Notes: generated by a model not told the origin, from the letters alone. A stretch of 64,000 bases of DNA from Epithemia pelagica (GCA_946965045.2 OX337231.1:558001-622000), one strand, 5' to 3'; shown: positions 33,880-46,368, counted from the first letter of the stretch. A program made the numbers and translations.

Positions 33880-35857
33880 TTAGAAGGTATCAATGTTCTG
33901 GTACATGTTTTCAATGTTCATGGGTTCAAACTTTTCCTCCTTCAGTCCATTCATGTACCAATCCTCGACCGCCTTGGTACGACTCCAATAGTTTGGAAGC
34001 CTGTGGGACGGATAAAACAGGGGGCTGATCTGCGAAAACCATGAATTCCCATGTTCTTCGCTGTACCCAATGGCAAAGGGTGGCTCGTTCTCCTTCTTTT
34101 GGTCTTTCAAGTGAAGGTTGATTCCAGTGTGCTGGTACCCACCTGGGGGAAGAACAGGGACAGCGTCGTTTTGATTGGACACACGAATGTGTCGTAGACG
34201 TCCCTTGGTTTCAAGCTGCTCAAAGGCTTTGCGAAAGTTACTATCACCCACATAAGGGGACGCGTATGTCATGCAAATGAGGGGGAAAGGAATGCCTTTT
34301 TTCTCCATTCCATCAGAACCCGCGAGCCGGAAGGAAAATAATGTGGCCAAGGCACCTCCAAGACTGTTGGACACGAAAATGAAAGAATCCATGAGATACC
34401 GGGAGTGACAAACAAATTTTTCTCAACACGAATGGGATATGCCTCGTACCTGTGACCTGTAACGTAAAGCTGAAAGTTTTTATGGACTTGTTGTCCATTT
34501 TCTTCATAGCGGTAGATATCTCTCAACTGATTCATGATCTGTCCATATTTTCTCCGTTTCAGTTTGGCAATATGCTTCGAGTCCTTCTCATTACCCCGTT
34601 CTACAATATGGTCAAACAGATAACCTGTTGAGCATAACACCAATGGGTGAGCTTCGGTTCTAGGAACCACACAGTCATTGGAAAGATTCCATGTCGCATC
34701 TTCTTACTTTTGAATCCAGAATGAACGCGGATTTTCTGGTCTCCATCAAGGCCCTCTTCTGAAACCACATTCGGCATTTTCATGGGCCTCAAAAAGAACC
34801 GAACATTTGTCATCCAATCTCGAGATACAACACTTCCGCGAAAACAGACCGTGACACGTTTTAAGTCACTGTTGGCAATGTATACAAGCAAATGACATGA
34901 GACGATGAACAATACGCAAGCGAGATAGAAAAGGTGCAAGGCCAAGACTCACCGGTTGACTGTAATTCCATACACTAGCTGCGAGTTGGCAAATTGGTCG
35001 TCAAATTCCCACAAATATGCATCCTTTCCCCATTTTTTCAGTTGATTAATTGCTCTGACATTGAGGTCGGAAGCAACTTCCATGTCGTCACTCAAATACC
35101 TTAAGGTTTCGTTCGTCAAGACTTTTCGAATGTCTGAAGCCGGAATAGGTTTTGCCAAGACATTATTCGATCTTCGCCCCTGTGGAGCTTTTTCTCCCCT
35201 CCCCATTATAAGTTCGGCATGTTCTAGTTGCGTGCGTCCAGCAAAAGGATTCCACCACGAGTTCCGAATTCCGCCCTTTCGTACGAGTTTCCTCAGCTGA
35301 GAAAAATCATAAATAAGGGATGACACTGTGAAAGTTGACGAAGAAGACAGAGTGTAAGCAAAACGACTCCGGGAGAGGCCCTTCCCATGAACATGTGTTG
35401 CAAGATGTCTATACTTACAACCCATGGTTGCTTCCATTTCTTCAACAATATCCGAACCACTTTGAAAGGGATTCACCGCTTTTGTTTCCTTCAATTGATC
35501 AAGCTTTTCCTTATGGCTTTGTCTTCTGTTTGCCCGAAGAAGGGGAACAGAATTGGCGTAGTTTCCATCCGCCACGAGATTGGCCTTGAGAAATGACGGT
35601 CTCTTGCACCGTTTATTACGGTACGCCTCGGCGATTTGCTTCTTGTCGCGCTCTGCTTGTTCATACTGCTCTGAGGCGTCTTGCCATAGTTTATCATACC
35701 GTGCGTGCTTCTCGAGCTTTGGAGGTAACTTGGCGTTGGAAGCTTTGCCTGGCCTGGCTTGAGTTCCAATCAAGGAAAAAAGACCGACCGCCGCGACAAC
35801 TAGTGAGAAGAATGCGAAGTTGTTTGGTACTTCCATACTGGAATGGATCATTGACAT
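33880..35857 (-). CDS. Class-3 lipase, copy 1; exons 35857-34953, 34868-34708, 34624-34450, 34363-33880 (574 aa)
   Basis: Splicing three GT-AG introns (84, 83, 86 bp) gives VYGITVNRDLKRVTVCFRGS, VHSGF, VTGH|SLGGALATL (GxSxG split by intron 3), TYASPYVGD, NQNDAVP and a C-terminal His; N-terminal hydrophobic segment. Confidence 0.92.
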
Positions 35858-36166
35858 GTCAAAAAAAGATATGATGTTTTGAATCGACAGTTGTGATTTT
35901 ATGACACACCGTTCAACCTTATATCTTCTGCTCTTCAAAATCTTCGTTCGTAAGTGGAAGTGACTCTTCGCGCCGTGTCAACTTGCATGCATGATTCCGT
36001 AGTCACGACTTTTGTGCTTTGACGAACTCATGGCGCTAGGATTTATAATCTTAGGCGGGGATAAGTCTCTTTTCGTTTTGAATTACTATCCTGAATTTCA
36101 GAACTTTCCGCTGAAGTTGATTACTTCGCAGCGTGAGCGACCTGCATGCTCGCTCGGGTGGCAAGA

Positions 36167-36780
36167 TAAGGGCTGGGTAAGCCGATCCATGTTCGGCTAA
36201 GTAGGTTCAGTACAAAAGCTACGTAGCGTACATAAAATCCCATAGTACACGTATTACCTGAAATGGTAGGAAGTCCGAAAAAATGCAAAAATACTCCACG
36301 ATGACGGCGAGATCCGTTGATGCCGCATGCATTTACCGATGCATCGCATCAACATCCTACTACTGTAAGTTGTTTGAGTTTGCTAGTATTACTGTGTTCT
36401 GCAGCTACAGAAGATTTGTCGCGTTGGATCAAAAGGTATACTCATTTTTCTGTGGTGATGTAATCCAAAAACCTTCCTAACTCATTCATTTCTCAACGGT
36501 GACTGAATCAAATTGAAACCATAGTTGCTCTAGTATTCAAGAGCATTATTCTAAAAGTGATTCAGTTAGGCTCAATTATCCATGAAGTTATTGCCATGGG
36601 GGTGATTTCTTCGACCATTGTCGAGTGATGGTTTCCGGATTGCATTGTTTCTCGTGGCAGCAAGTTTTCGATTTGTGACCATTCGCCCCACTTGTTACAG
36701 TGATGAAAATAGTACTACGTAGCTTAATGTACTGAGCCTACTTAGCCGAACATGGATCGGCTTACAATACCCAGCCCTTA
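36167..36780. mobile_element. 614-bp non-autonomous TIR element (MITE-like) upstream of the lipase in each unit (also 40029-~40626 truncated, 52854-53467, 56716-57329, 60567-61180)
   Basis: ~60-bp terminal inverted repeats TAAGGGCTGGGTAAGCCGATCCATGTTCGGCTAAGTAGG..., flanked by direct CAAGA (36162-36166, 36781-36785); no coding capacity. Confidence 0.8.
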
Positions 36781-37738
36781 CAAGATAGCCCAAGAGCAAG
36801 AACAACATATCGCCAAATGTACCAAATTGATATGTTGTCGGTCAAACGTCAAACTGACGCCACCACAACCTGTATGCATTCCATTTTCTGTCAGTCGACG
36901 TCTGGCATACAATATACAATAGAAACTGCTCTAGAGGACTTTTGGACTATGATCTCAGCGAAAACGCACTAAAAGACCACATTCTTAACAGAACAAAGAT
37001 GCAGTATATCATGTGACTTTATGTGTTGCTGCAACCATGCTTATCAGGGCGAGGTGTCGCTCTGATCACTGTCCTCCTCTTGGATGTCAACATGCTGGAT
37101 TGATTTGGCTTGTTTCCAAACATGGTGACTTGATCTTTGGTCCTCACGACTAGGGGACATCGACCAATCTTCAAATCGATACGCTCAAGAATTTCATTTT
37201 CGTTGGACTAAACATTAGCTTTATGGACTCAACATCTTTTGTCTTTGTTCACTACAACGGACGCAAATACCGACCCGCCAAACCGGTACCACAACCTCGA
37301 CGCGCATCGTCGGGCCGTGTTAGTATTACGGTGGGGGACCACGTTGAATCACAAAAAAATTGTCAAGTCCACGGAGGACATTCGTCGTCTGGGATCGCAT
37401 CGACCTGATCAATGTCAACAAGCGGCATCTGTTTTGGTTTCGCAAGATTCAAGATACCAAATTCCAGCGTGAATCCTTTTACTTTTCAGTTGATAGAATC
37501 ATCATTCCGAGGCCAAGAGCGCCTGGGTGTTGAAAAAGACACCTTTGCGCCGGCACGACTATCCCTAATCCTAATTCCCATGCAAAAGGCAATCCCATGT
37601 GCGCGGAAGCGTGCCAGCCAAAACAAGCTTCGGTCATCTTCATGTTGAAGTGTGAATGTAATCAGCAGAATCACTTTTTATGCTACCACTCTCTATGTTA
37701 TGCGAGATTGTTCAGGACATATGGCTTGATGGGTCCGT

Positions 37739-39716
37739 TTAGAAGGTATCAATGTTCTGGTACATGTTTTCAATGTTCATGGGTTCAAACTTTTCCTCCT
37801 TCAGTCCATTCATGTACCAATCCTCGACCGCCTTGGTACGACTCCAATAGTTTGGAAGCCTGTGGGACGGATAAAACAGGGGGCTGATCTGCGAAAACCA
37901 TGAATTCCCATGTTCTTCGCTGTACCCAATGGCAAAGGGTGGCTCGTTCTCCTTCTTTTGGTCTTTCAAGTGAAGGTTGATTCCAGTGTGCTGGTACCCA
38001 CCTGGGGGAAGAACAGGGACAGCGTCGTTTTGATTGGACACACGAATGTGTCGTAGACGTCCCTTGGTTTCAAGCTGCTCAAAGGCTTTGCGAAAGTTAC
38101 TATCACCCACATAAGGGGACGCGTATGTCATGCAAATGAGGGGGAAAGGAATGCCTTTTTTCTCCATTCCATCAGAACCCGCGAGCCGGAAGGAAAATAA
38201 TGTGGCCAAGGCACCTCCAAGACTGTTGGACACGAAAATGAAAGAATCCATGAGATACCGGGAGTGACAAACAAATTTTTCTCAACACGAATGGGATATG
38301 CCTCGTACCTGTGACCTGTAACGTAAAGCTGAAAGTTTTTATGGACTTGTTGTCCATTTTCTTCATAGCGGTAGATATCTCTCAACTGATTCATGATCTG
38401 TCCATATTTTCTCCGTTTCAGTTTGGCAATATGCTTCGAGTCCTTCTCATTACCCCGTTCTACAATATGGTCAAACAGATAACCTGTTGAGCATAACACC
38501 AATGGGTGAGCTTCGGTTCTAGGAACCACACAGTCATTGGAAAGATTCCATGTCGCATCTTCTTACTTTTGAATCCAGAATGAACGCGGATTTTCTGGTC
38601 TCCATCAAGGCCCTCTTCTGAAACCACATTCGGCATTTTCATGGGCCTCAAAAAGAACCGAACATTTGTCATCCAATCTCGAGATACAACACTTCCGCGA
38701 AAACAGACCGTGACACGTTTTAAGTCACTGTTGGCAATGTATACAAGCAAATGACATGAGACGATGAACAATACGCAAGCGAGATAGAAAAGGTGCAAGG
38801 CCAAGACTCACCGGTTGACTGTAATTCCATACACTAGCTGCGAGTTGGCAAATTGGTCGTCAAATTCCCACAAATATGCATCCTTTCCCCATTTTTTCAG
38901 TTGATTAATTGCTCTGACATTGAGGTCGGAAGCAACTTCCATGTCGTCACTCAAATACCTTAAGGTTTCGTTCGTCAAGACTTTTCGAATGTCTGAAGCC
39001 GGAATAGGTTTTGCCAAGACATTATTCGATCTTCGCCCCTGTGGAGCTTTTTCTCCCCTCCCCATTATAAGTTCGGCATGTTCTAGTTGCGTGCGTCCAG
39101 CAAAAGGATTCCACCACGAGTTCCGAATTCCGCCCTTTCGTACGAGTTTCCTCAGCTGAGAAAAATCATAAATAAGGGATGACACTGTGAAAGTTGACGA
39201 AGAAGACAGAGTGTAAGCAAAACGACTCCGGGAGAGGCCCTTCCCATGAACATGTGTTGCAAGATGTCTATACTTACAACCCATGGTTGCTTCCATTTCT
39301 TCAACAATATCCGAACCACTTTGAAAGGGATTCACCGCTTTTGTTTCCTTCAATTGATCAAGCTTTTCCTTATGGCTTTGTCTTCTGTTTGCCCGAAGAA
39401 GGGGAACAGAATTGGCGTAGTTTCCATCCGCCACGAGATTGGCCTTGAGAAATGACGGTCTCTTGCACCGTTTATTACGGTACGCCTCGGCGATTTGCTT
39501 CTTGTCGCGCTCTGCTTGTTCATACTGCTCTGAGGCGTCTTGCCATAGTTTATCATACCGTGCGTGCTTCTCGAGCTTTGGAGGTAACTTGGCGTTGGAA
39601 GCTTTGCCTGGCCTGGCTTGAGTTCCAATCAAGGAAAAAAGACCGACCGCCGCGACAACTAGTGAGAAGAATGCGAAGTTGTTTGGTACTTCCATACTGG
39701 AATGGATCATTGACAT
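37739..39716 (-). CDS. Class-3 lipase, copy 2
   Basis: Same exon structure and translated ORFs as copy 1, offset +3859. Confidence 0.92.
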
Positions 39717-40680
39717 GTCAAAAAAAGATATGATGTTTTGAATCGACAGTTGTGATTTTATGACACACCGTTCAACCTTATAATATCTTCTGCTCTTCAA
39801 AATCTTCGTTCGTAAGTGGAAGTGACTCTTCGCGCCGTGTCAACTTGCATGCATGATTCCGTAGTCACGACTTTTGTGCTTTGACGAACTCATGGCGCTA
39901 GGATTTATAATCTTAGGCGGGGATAAGTCTCTTTTCGTTTTGAATTACTATCCTGAATTTCAGAACTTTCCGCTGAAGTTGATTACTTCGCAGCGTGAGC
40001 GACCTGCATGCTCGCTCGGGTGGCAAGATAAGGGCTGGGTAAGCCGATCCATGTTCGGCTAAGTAGGTTCAGTACAAAAGCTACGTAGCGTACATAAAAT
40101 CCCATAGTACACGTATTACCTGAAATGGTAGGAAGTCCGAAAAAATGCAAAAATACTCCACGATGACGGCGAGATCCGTTGATGCCGCATGCATTTACCG
40201 ATGCATCGCATCAACATCCTACTACTGTAAGTTGTTTGAGTTTGCTAGTATTACTGTGTTCTGCAGCTACAGAAGATTTGTCGCGTTGGATCAAAAGGTA
40301 TACTCATTTTTCTGTGGTGATGTAATCCAAAAACCTTCCTAACTCATTCATTTCTCAACGGTGACTGAATCAAATTGAAACCATAGTTGCTCTAGTATTC
40401 AAGAGCATTATTCTAAAAGTGATTCAGTTAGGCTCAATTATCCATGAAGTTATTGCCATGGGGGTGATTTCTTCGACCATTGTCGAGTGATGGTTTCCGG
40501 ATTGCATTGTTTCTCGTGGCAGCAAGTTTTCGATTTGTGACCATTCGCCCCACTTGTTACAGTGATGAAAATAGTACTACGTAGCTTAATGTACTGAGCC
40601 TACTTAGCCGAACATGGATCGGCTTAGCCCAAGAGCAAGAACAACATATCGCCAAATGTACCAAATTGATATGTTGTCGG

Positions 40681-41192
40681 GTATCTCCTCTTGCCGAAGA
40701 TATTCACCAGCTCACTTAGCGTTCCTACTTGTTCGGCTTCGGTCACAGACACAAAGAAAGACATGGGTTTGTGTTTGCACGTACAGTACTTTACGTACAA
40801 TTAAGGAATAGGGGAACTCCAACCCAAAGGAGTCGGGGCATATCCGTGTGTGAGATAGTGCCCCTGAAATCGACGCATGCTTTATGACTGTCACATGATA
40901 AGCATACTCTCATTGACCGTAGACCCTTTCATCCAAAACTGCTACTGGCCCCCAATAGAAATTGGGTTGGCACGCGGGGCGAACCACCGCTGTGAACCAT
41001 TCATCGGATCCCTCACATGCCACTGTGAGTTCTCCTTTGAAGCTTTCGACAGTAATGGACTTCCAGTATCCAACAGCCAACTCGTGAACGACGAATGAAC
41101 ACAGTGTCGTGTTGGTTCATCCTTATCCCCCCACCTTGTCACCTTTCTTGTATCTCCACGGAGGACGGTCTGTCAACTCGTCATCTGTATCA
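40681..41192 (-). other. Hairpin-dense 3' non-coding region of the YR element (putative structured RNA/ssDNA)
   Basis: At least 7 short perfect stems by eye, plus a 9-bp long-range complement CCAACCCAA (40819-40827) / TTGGGTTGG (40962-40970). Confidence 0.5.
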
Positions 41193-42783
41193 TCACAATG
41201 CCTCAGAATACTGAAGCAGGGTTTTCAACGCCGCTATCACGTCGGTGTAAACTTCTATCATTTCAGTCTGAGCGAACCTGTTGCCTGCTCTGTCCTGTGA
41301 GCGCCATCGATTATTGAATGTAATAACATCCTTCGGAACCTTTTGGTTGCGAGCCTGTGTGGTAGAACCACGTCGAAGCGACCTCCGAAAACTAAAGGAT
41401 GAACCAGTTTCGTTGGCATCAGGTACCAATGACGATTGAACAATCTGCAAAGCATGCAGCGTCTTGTGCCACAAGACATCCAATTCTCTGATACTGATAG
41501 CCTGCTCAAAGCGAGGTCGCCAACGCAAAAGAGGGCCCTCGGCTTCACCCACTGTCGAATACAACTCTAATAATCTCAACATCCACTCGGCGTTTCTGAT
41601 TCCCGATTTTGAGATTGGCACCAGCGGGATTTTATGCCGACGATACACGGACGTGTTCTTGAACCTCCCTTGGAGGGCCAACACCACATGAGGTCTTGTC
41701 GGATGCTTAAGGCCAAACTCGGTGTACAGCCTTGATTCGCACAAGCGAATGTGGCCCAACTCCTCTCCTCGGAGGGCCGACGAGAATCCCAACATCAACG
41801 CCGCCCCTAGTGTCGCAATCTCAAACTTGGCGTGTGTATATCCTCTGTTGGTCTCCTCTGCTACTTTCCATTCCTTTTCAAGAAGTTCTTGGAGCGCCAA
41901 CAACAGTTCAATGGACACTGCAGCGTCCTGAATCTTGACGTCGCCCATCCGTTCGTGGCTCCCCATCATAAACTTCTTAAACCACAAAGAATTAGTAGGA
42001 CTCGTTGTGATGTGAGTTGAATTTCTTCCATCAGACATTACCGCTCCGTCTGTCCCTTTTGGAGTGGTGTGAACCAAATTGCTGTACCCCGAGCGGATTC
42101 CTCTCATGGTATCCCACTGGATCGTCTTAGAGTTCCTTCCTCGGTCCATCGACCTCTGGAGAGATATGATGGCCGGTATCATTCCCAGAGTGTCAGCTAA
42201 CGGAAAAGGTCCCCTTGGAATATCCGGGCACGGATTTTCAATACGGAGATCTTTTAAAATCTTCATAAGCCGGTTCACCTCCATCAAGTTTCCCTTAACG
42301 GTACTGGAGCGGCGTGCCCAAAAAGCGTCCAAATTTGCTCTCGTAATGCACATCATAACCCATTCATCTTCGCGCGACGAAAACACGGGATCCCGTTTAA
42401 AGATATTGCGGAAGTGGCAAAGATTACACTGGAACGTGGTTAGCAGGTGGTCGCCCGCTCGAGCACTCTTGAACCATTGATCCATGTCGTGACGTTCTTT
42501 TTCGGTAGTTTCCCAGCCTTCTTCTTCCTCCTTCCACTTTCCATCGGCATCCAATTCCATCCTCTTAGGCTGCAAGTTGCATGGGAAAGGATCAGGGTCG
42601 GCTCCCACGTTGTAGCAATGTGGGTGGTATGCCCCCTGGCATGCCCTCCAATGTCCACGCTCGTGTCCATAGTTCGCACAAATAATGCCCCGAGAATGAG
42701 ACAGATTGCCTGTGCAGCGTACGCAAGTGATGTGTTTGCTGCCGAAAAAGAGGCTCGAATTTAGCTCTCCAAGGCGTTCTGTT
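41193..42783 (-). CDS. Tyrosine recombinase with N-terminal Cys/His-rich motif; open frame overlaps the 3' end of pol
   Basis: ALRGEEL (R), GRFKN (K), RSLRRG (xxR), NNRW, EVYTD (Y). The frame is open from ~42783 and includes CANY...W..CQGAYH..CY and CNLCHFRN motifs; first ATG at MELDADG. Confidence 0.88.
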
Positions 42784-45700
42784 TAAGAGGGGGAAAATAA
42801 AGGCGAGCGTGAGTGGTTCGTACTCTGAGTCTCGAGGCCACCATTCCTCTCCAAAAGGAAGGACGCAAATGATGTCAGCAATCTTGTATAGCATTCTTCT
42901 CCACTTCCCACTCATGAGCGACGGGACAAGCATCACGTGCACGTTCCATGGACGAATATGCCAAGCCTCGCTCAACATATATATAGCGACATCAGCAAGG
43001 CATGGAGGAGGTTCCCAAATAAATATGCCGTTTGAATCCTGAGGAGCTGTGAACCATTGAGAGGGTTACATCCGTAATGCCTCTGCATAATGTTTTCCCA
43101 GGATTCGTTGTAGTAGGTTATTTGTTCCCTGAGGTTGTCGTTCTCCGGCTGACAGGTGCAGCGGTACATAGCTCAGCATATCTATGCCTCTTAGTACCCC
43201 ACTGGTCAAGTCCGAACGAGAGAGACCGTCACTTCCTTGAGCAATCCTCTTGCCTGCTACCCACACGACGTGGATAAAGGCCTCTCCTCTCATGAGAATC
43301 TTGTGGAGCCGGAACATGAGGTGTAATACCTCCGGAGACTTTGCCGATCCACGATAAAACGCAGTTTCTGCATGAACATTATCAGTGAAGATGAAAAACT
43401 CGGTCTCCGCGTTGACTCGACCTTGAGCATCCAGAGCTTCGATCTTCATGACTATGTTTGCAAGTTCGCGAAAGTTGGATGACGAACCCAACATGGCTGA
43501 TGCCTCCCAAGCACCAAAATCCACTTCAATTTCGTCGTCGCCGGGTGACCAACCCGACATCCCAAAGCCCGCTCCGGAAGCATCTCCGAAGTAATAGCGA
43601 GCTTTGGCCTTATTCTTGTCGGGACGGAGAAAACGCTCTGGAGGTTCCTCGGCCTTAGTCAATTTCTCCATCGCTTCCACGTCAAAGATCATTCGTCGTA
43701 CCAGTCGAACTCGACCTGGTGCTGCCGAATAATCTCCAATGTGGCGCAGGCCTTGGTCGTTGGTGACCGTCTTCCACCCGTCTTCATCTCGGTCTGGCCG
43801 CCACGCATTCATTGTAGCGTAAACGCCATTCAAGTATAAGAGCAGCGTTGGATAGGCTCTTCCGACGTGATTCACAAAGCCAGCGACCTCCTCTAACACT
43901 TTTCGTTTCACTGAGTTGTCTGCTCTGGCTGCCGCTCCGTCAATTTCAGCCCGTAGCCGACCAATCTCTTCTCGTGTTTTATTCCACTTTTCTTGGGTAA
44001 CTGAAATGTACGGACGATCGGGTGCCGTCCCACACACCACTCCTGCCCATGCGCCGGGGCGTTGGGTCTGCTCCCTGCGTTTTCGAGCTGCATCCTGTAC
44101 TCCAAAGTATGAGGCGGTTTTTGCTATTACGGAACTTATGTTCCAAGCATCATTCGAGGACGGGCCCGTGCCTCGCAAATCGTCGACATAATCGTGAGCG
44201 TCCGCCGCCAATGCTCCGTTCTGTCGCCGTTTGGATATCCACGGTTCACCCGGGCGATAGTCGACGGACCCTGGAAGATTGATCACTATGCGATTCCAGC
44301 GAAATACATTGGCTCGTTTTTGCCGATCGCCCAACATGAGGCGTTTTAGCCTTCTTGTTTGTTGCACAGTTGTAAATGGCGATGGGCTTTGACCCATCGC
44401 GCATCGCGTCCAACCTTCTATCCACAACTCGCCGTTCTCTTTCCTCCCGTAGATGGGAGTAAAGTCCATAGCGCTATATTCCTGCAATTCCGGATGAATC
44501 CAGAAATTGAGGAACATCTCGCCGTAGTCATTGTCTACGCACCAGTAGTCTGTATCCAATGTGCGAACCAACACTTCTGCATCCGGTAAGGGGAACCACG
44601 GTGCATAGAGACAGTCATTTAGACCGCTCTTGGTTCCGTCATAAACCATTCTGATGTCGCTGTCGCCCTTCGGGACGGCGAATTAATTCATCGTGGCTTT
44701 CCACTTCCCTTCCTCGCAGACGTATCGCTTAGCCCGCACATCTTCTATCTTGTCGGCGATTTTGGTAACCATGTTGGCATCGCCCAAACCTTTCTGTGGA
44801 ACGATCTTTTGCTTTGGCATCCCAATCCAACAAGGAGGGACGCCTATCGCCACATCACGAGCATATTCGTCCGGCCACCGCCAAAAGAATACACTCGACC
44901 CTGAAGGCCAAGCCCAAAAAGACGACTCGCATGCATGTCTGCATGCCTCCTTTCCTCGGTCCTTTATGAGTCTCCACCAATTGGGCTCGTCTTCTTTTAG
45001 TTGGTAATGATTTTCATTCCACCATGAAATCCAAGACCGAACCACGTTCCGTCTCCATCTTCGCAACATTGCCATCCTCAATAAATTGAAGGCTTTGCGA
45101 TCCCGATCCGTCAACTCTACAATATCCAAGAGATAACGAACTCTGTCGTCCCACAATTCCGTCGGCACGGCGGCCTTGTCATGCTTGACCGCCTTTTCTG
45201 AGGCAGTAGTTGTGGATACCAACTTGACATAACCTGACATGCGTTCTTCCGAATCTATAGTCTCCTCCTCAGAAAAGGGGATTGAGGACTTGCTGCGTTT
45301 CGAAACCGTCTCATGAGAATCGGTGAAACCCCGTTTCAACGAGTCACCCTTGATACACACGACATCCAATTCCTGCTGCTGAATCCTTTGACTTTGTTTC
45401 AAACATGCCTGTAAAGCCATACCAAGACCGGCTACAATCTTCACAGGTTTCGCTACTGCCGCTACAGCAGCGGCTAACATGGTGTCATTCCAGTCTCGGA
45501 TTATCGTCACAGGTAAGTCGAGGCACGCGGCGACCTCTTTTCCAACCATGGTTCTTCGAACTCTCACGTTCTGTCCGTATACCGTTGGGAGAATCAGAAA
45601 TGTTCTCCTAAACTCCCTTGCCTGATCCCACGGCAACAGATCATCTGCCGGGTCTAAACTTGCACTGGTCTTATCAGAAACTCGCCGTCCCGACTCAGTA

Positions 45701-46335
45701 CGATCAATCAAATTGATCAGGCGGTTGGGTGCCCCCTTGATTGCCTCTGGGGTAAACACTTTGTCTGGATTGCTTGGTTTCTCCCCGTAAATGGATTTTC
45801 GGGCAAACCAATGGCACCTCCCCGTCCAGTCGGTGACTCCACCCGTCTCCTCATGTGTGATGCCGCGGGACAGAGACCACCAGTCCTTGGGAGTGTAACC
45901 TCGAATCCCTCTATCTGAAATGATGATCTGAGCCTGACATGTCCACAGTGGGTGGTTTGCTTTTGGTGGACGACATGGGCCTTCGAATACGACCACGTCC
46001 GTCGTCATTACCGAATTGGGGAAGTATTCATCTACGCTGCTGTGATCCATTTCGAGATCCATCCAGTACGCCTCGATGTTGGGAGTAATTAACCTCGTGG
46101 CTATATTTCGTAATGTCTTGGGAAGGACAATCCACCTTATCGCACATTGGCTGAGATTCTCCGGGATGAACAGCCAACTGGATAAACATGTGGTCACTAT
46201 TCCCATTGTGTGCTTCGCTGGCATTATGGGCACCTTTCGTTGCAGCCAAGCTGAGTAAGACTCGAGTCTCTCTCGTTTTCTTTCTTTCGGGTGTCCCTTT
46301 GTTACAGTGAATGTTTCTACTCTTTTTCTCTTCAT
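42592..46335 (-). pseudogene. Pol ORF (N-terminal domain + RT + RNase H + C-terminal domain) interrupted by two in-frame TAA codons (44683-44685, 43066-43068)
   Basis: ORF-track pieces 44683-46335, 43066-44649 and 42592-42978 share one frame. Text across the stops reads N*FAVPKGDSDIRMVYDG and M*PSQWF...WEPPP. RT motifs DYGEMFLNF, MG.SPSP, YVDD; RNase H GDASG, FRELAN, FTDN, DGLSR. Confidence 0.88.
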
Positions 46336-46368
46336 AGAGCCGACTCCGGATTTGTGGTCCTCTCCTTC

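Noticed and set aside
33553-34028. Small plus-strand ORFs repeated in each array unit (78, 96, 61, 65 aa and others)
   Set aside because: They recur only because the unit is duplicated and have no coding hallmarks.
33880-34392. Lipase apparently lacking the catalytic GxSxG (ORF track reads VSNSLGG)
   Set aside because: Intron 34364-34449 splits TGH|SLGG; the spliced product has an intact GHSLG.
40995-41012. Hammerhead ribozyme core (CCGATGA...GAAA on the sense strand)
   Set aside because: The core deviates from CUGANGA and I could not build the three required stems; it is left as an open Rfam search under the structured-region finding.
43066-44685. TAA reassigned as a sense codon (two in-frame TAAs in the YR-element pol)
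   Set aside because: TAA terminates ordinary host genes in this window (SRPRB, MscS, lipase), so these are better explained as nonsense mutations.
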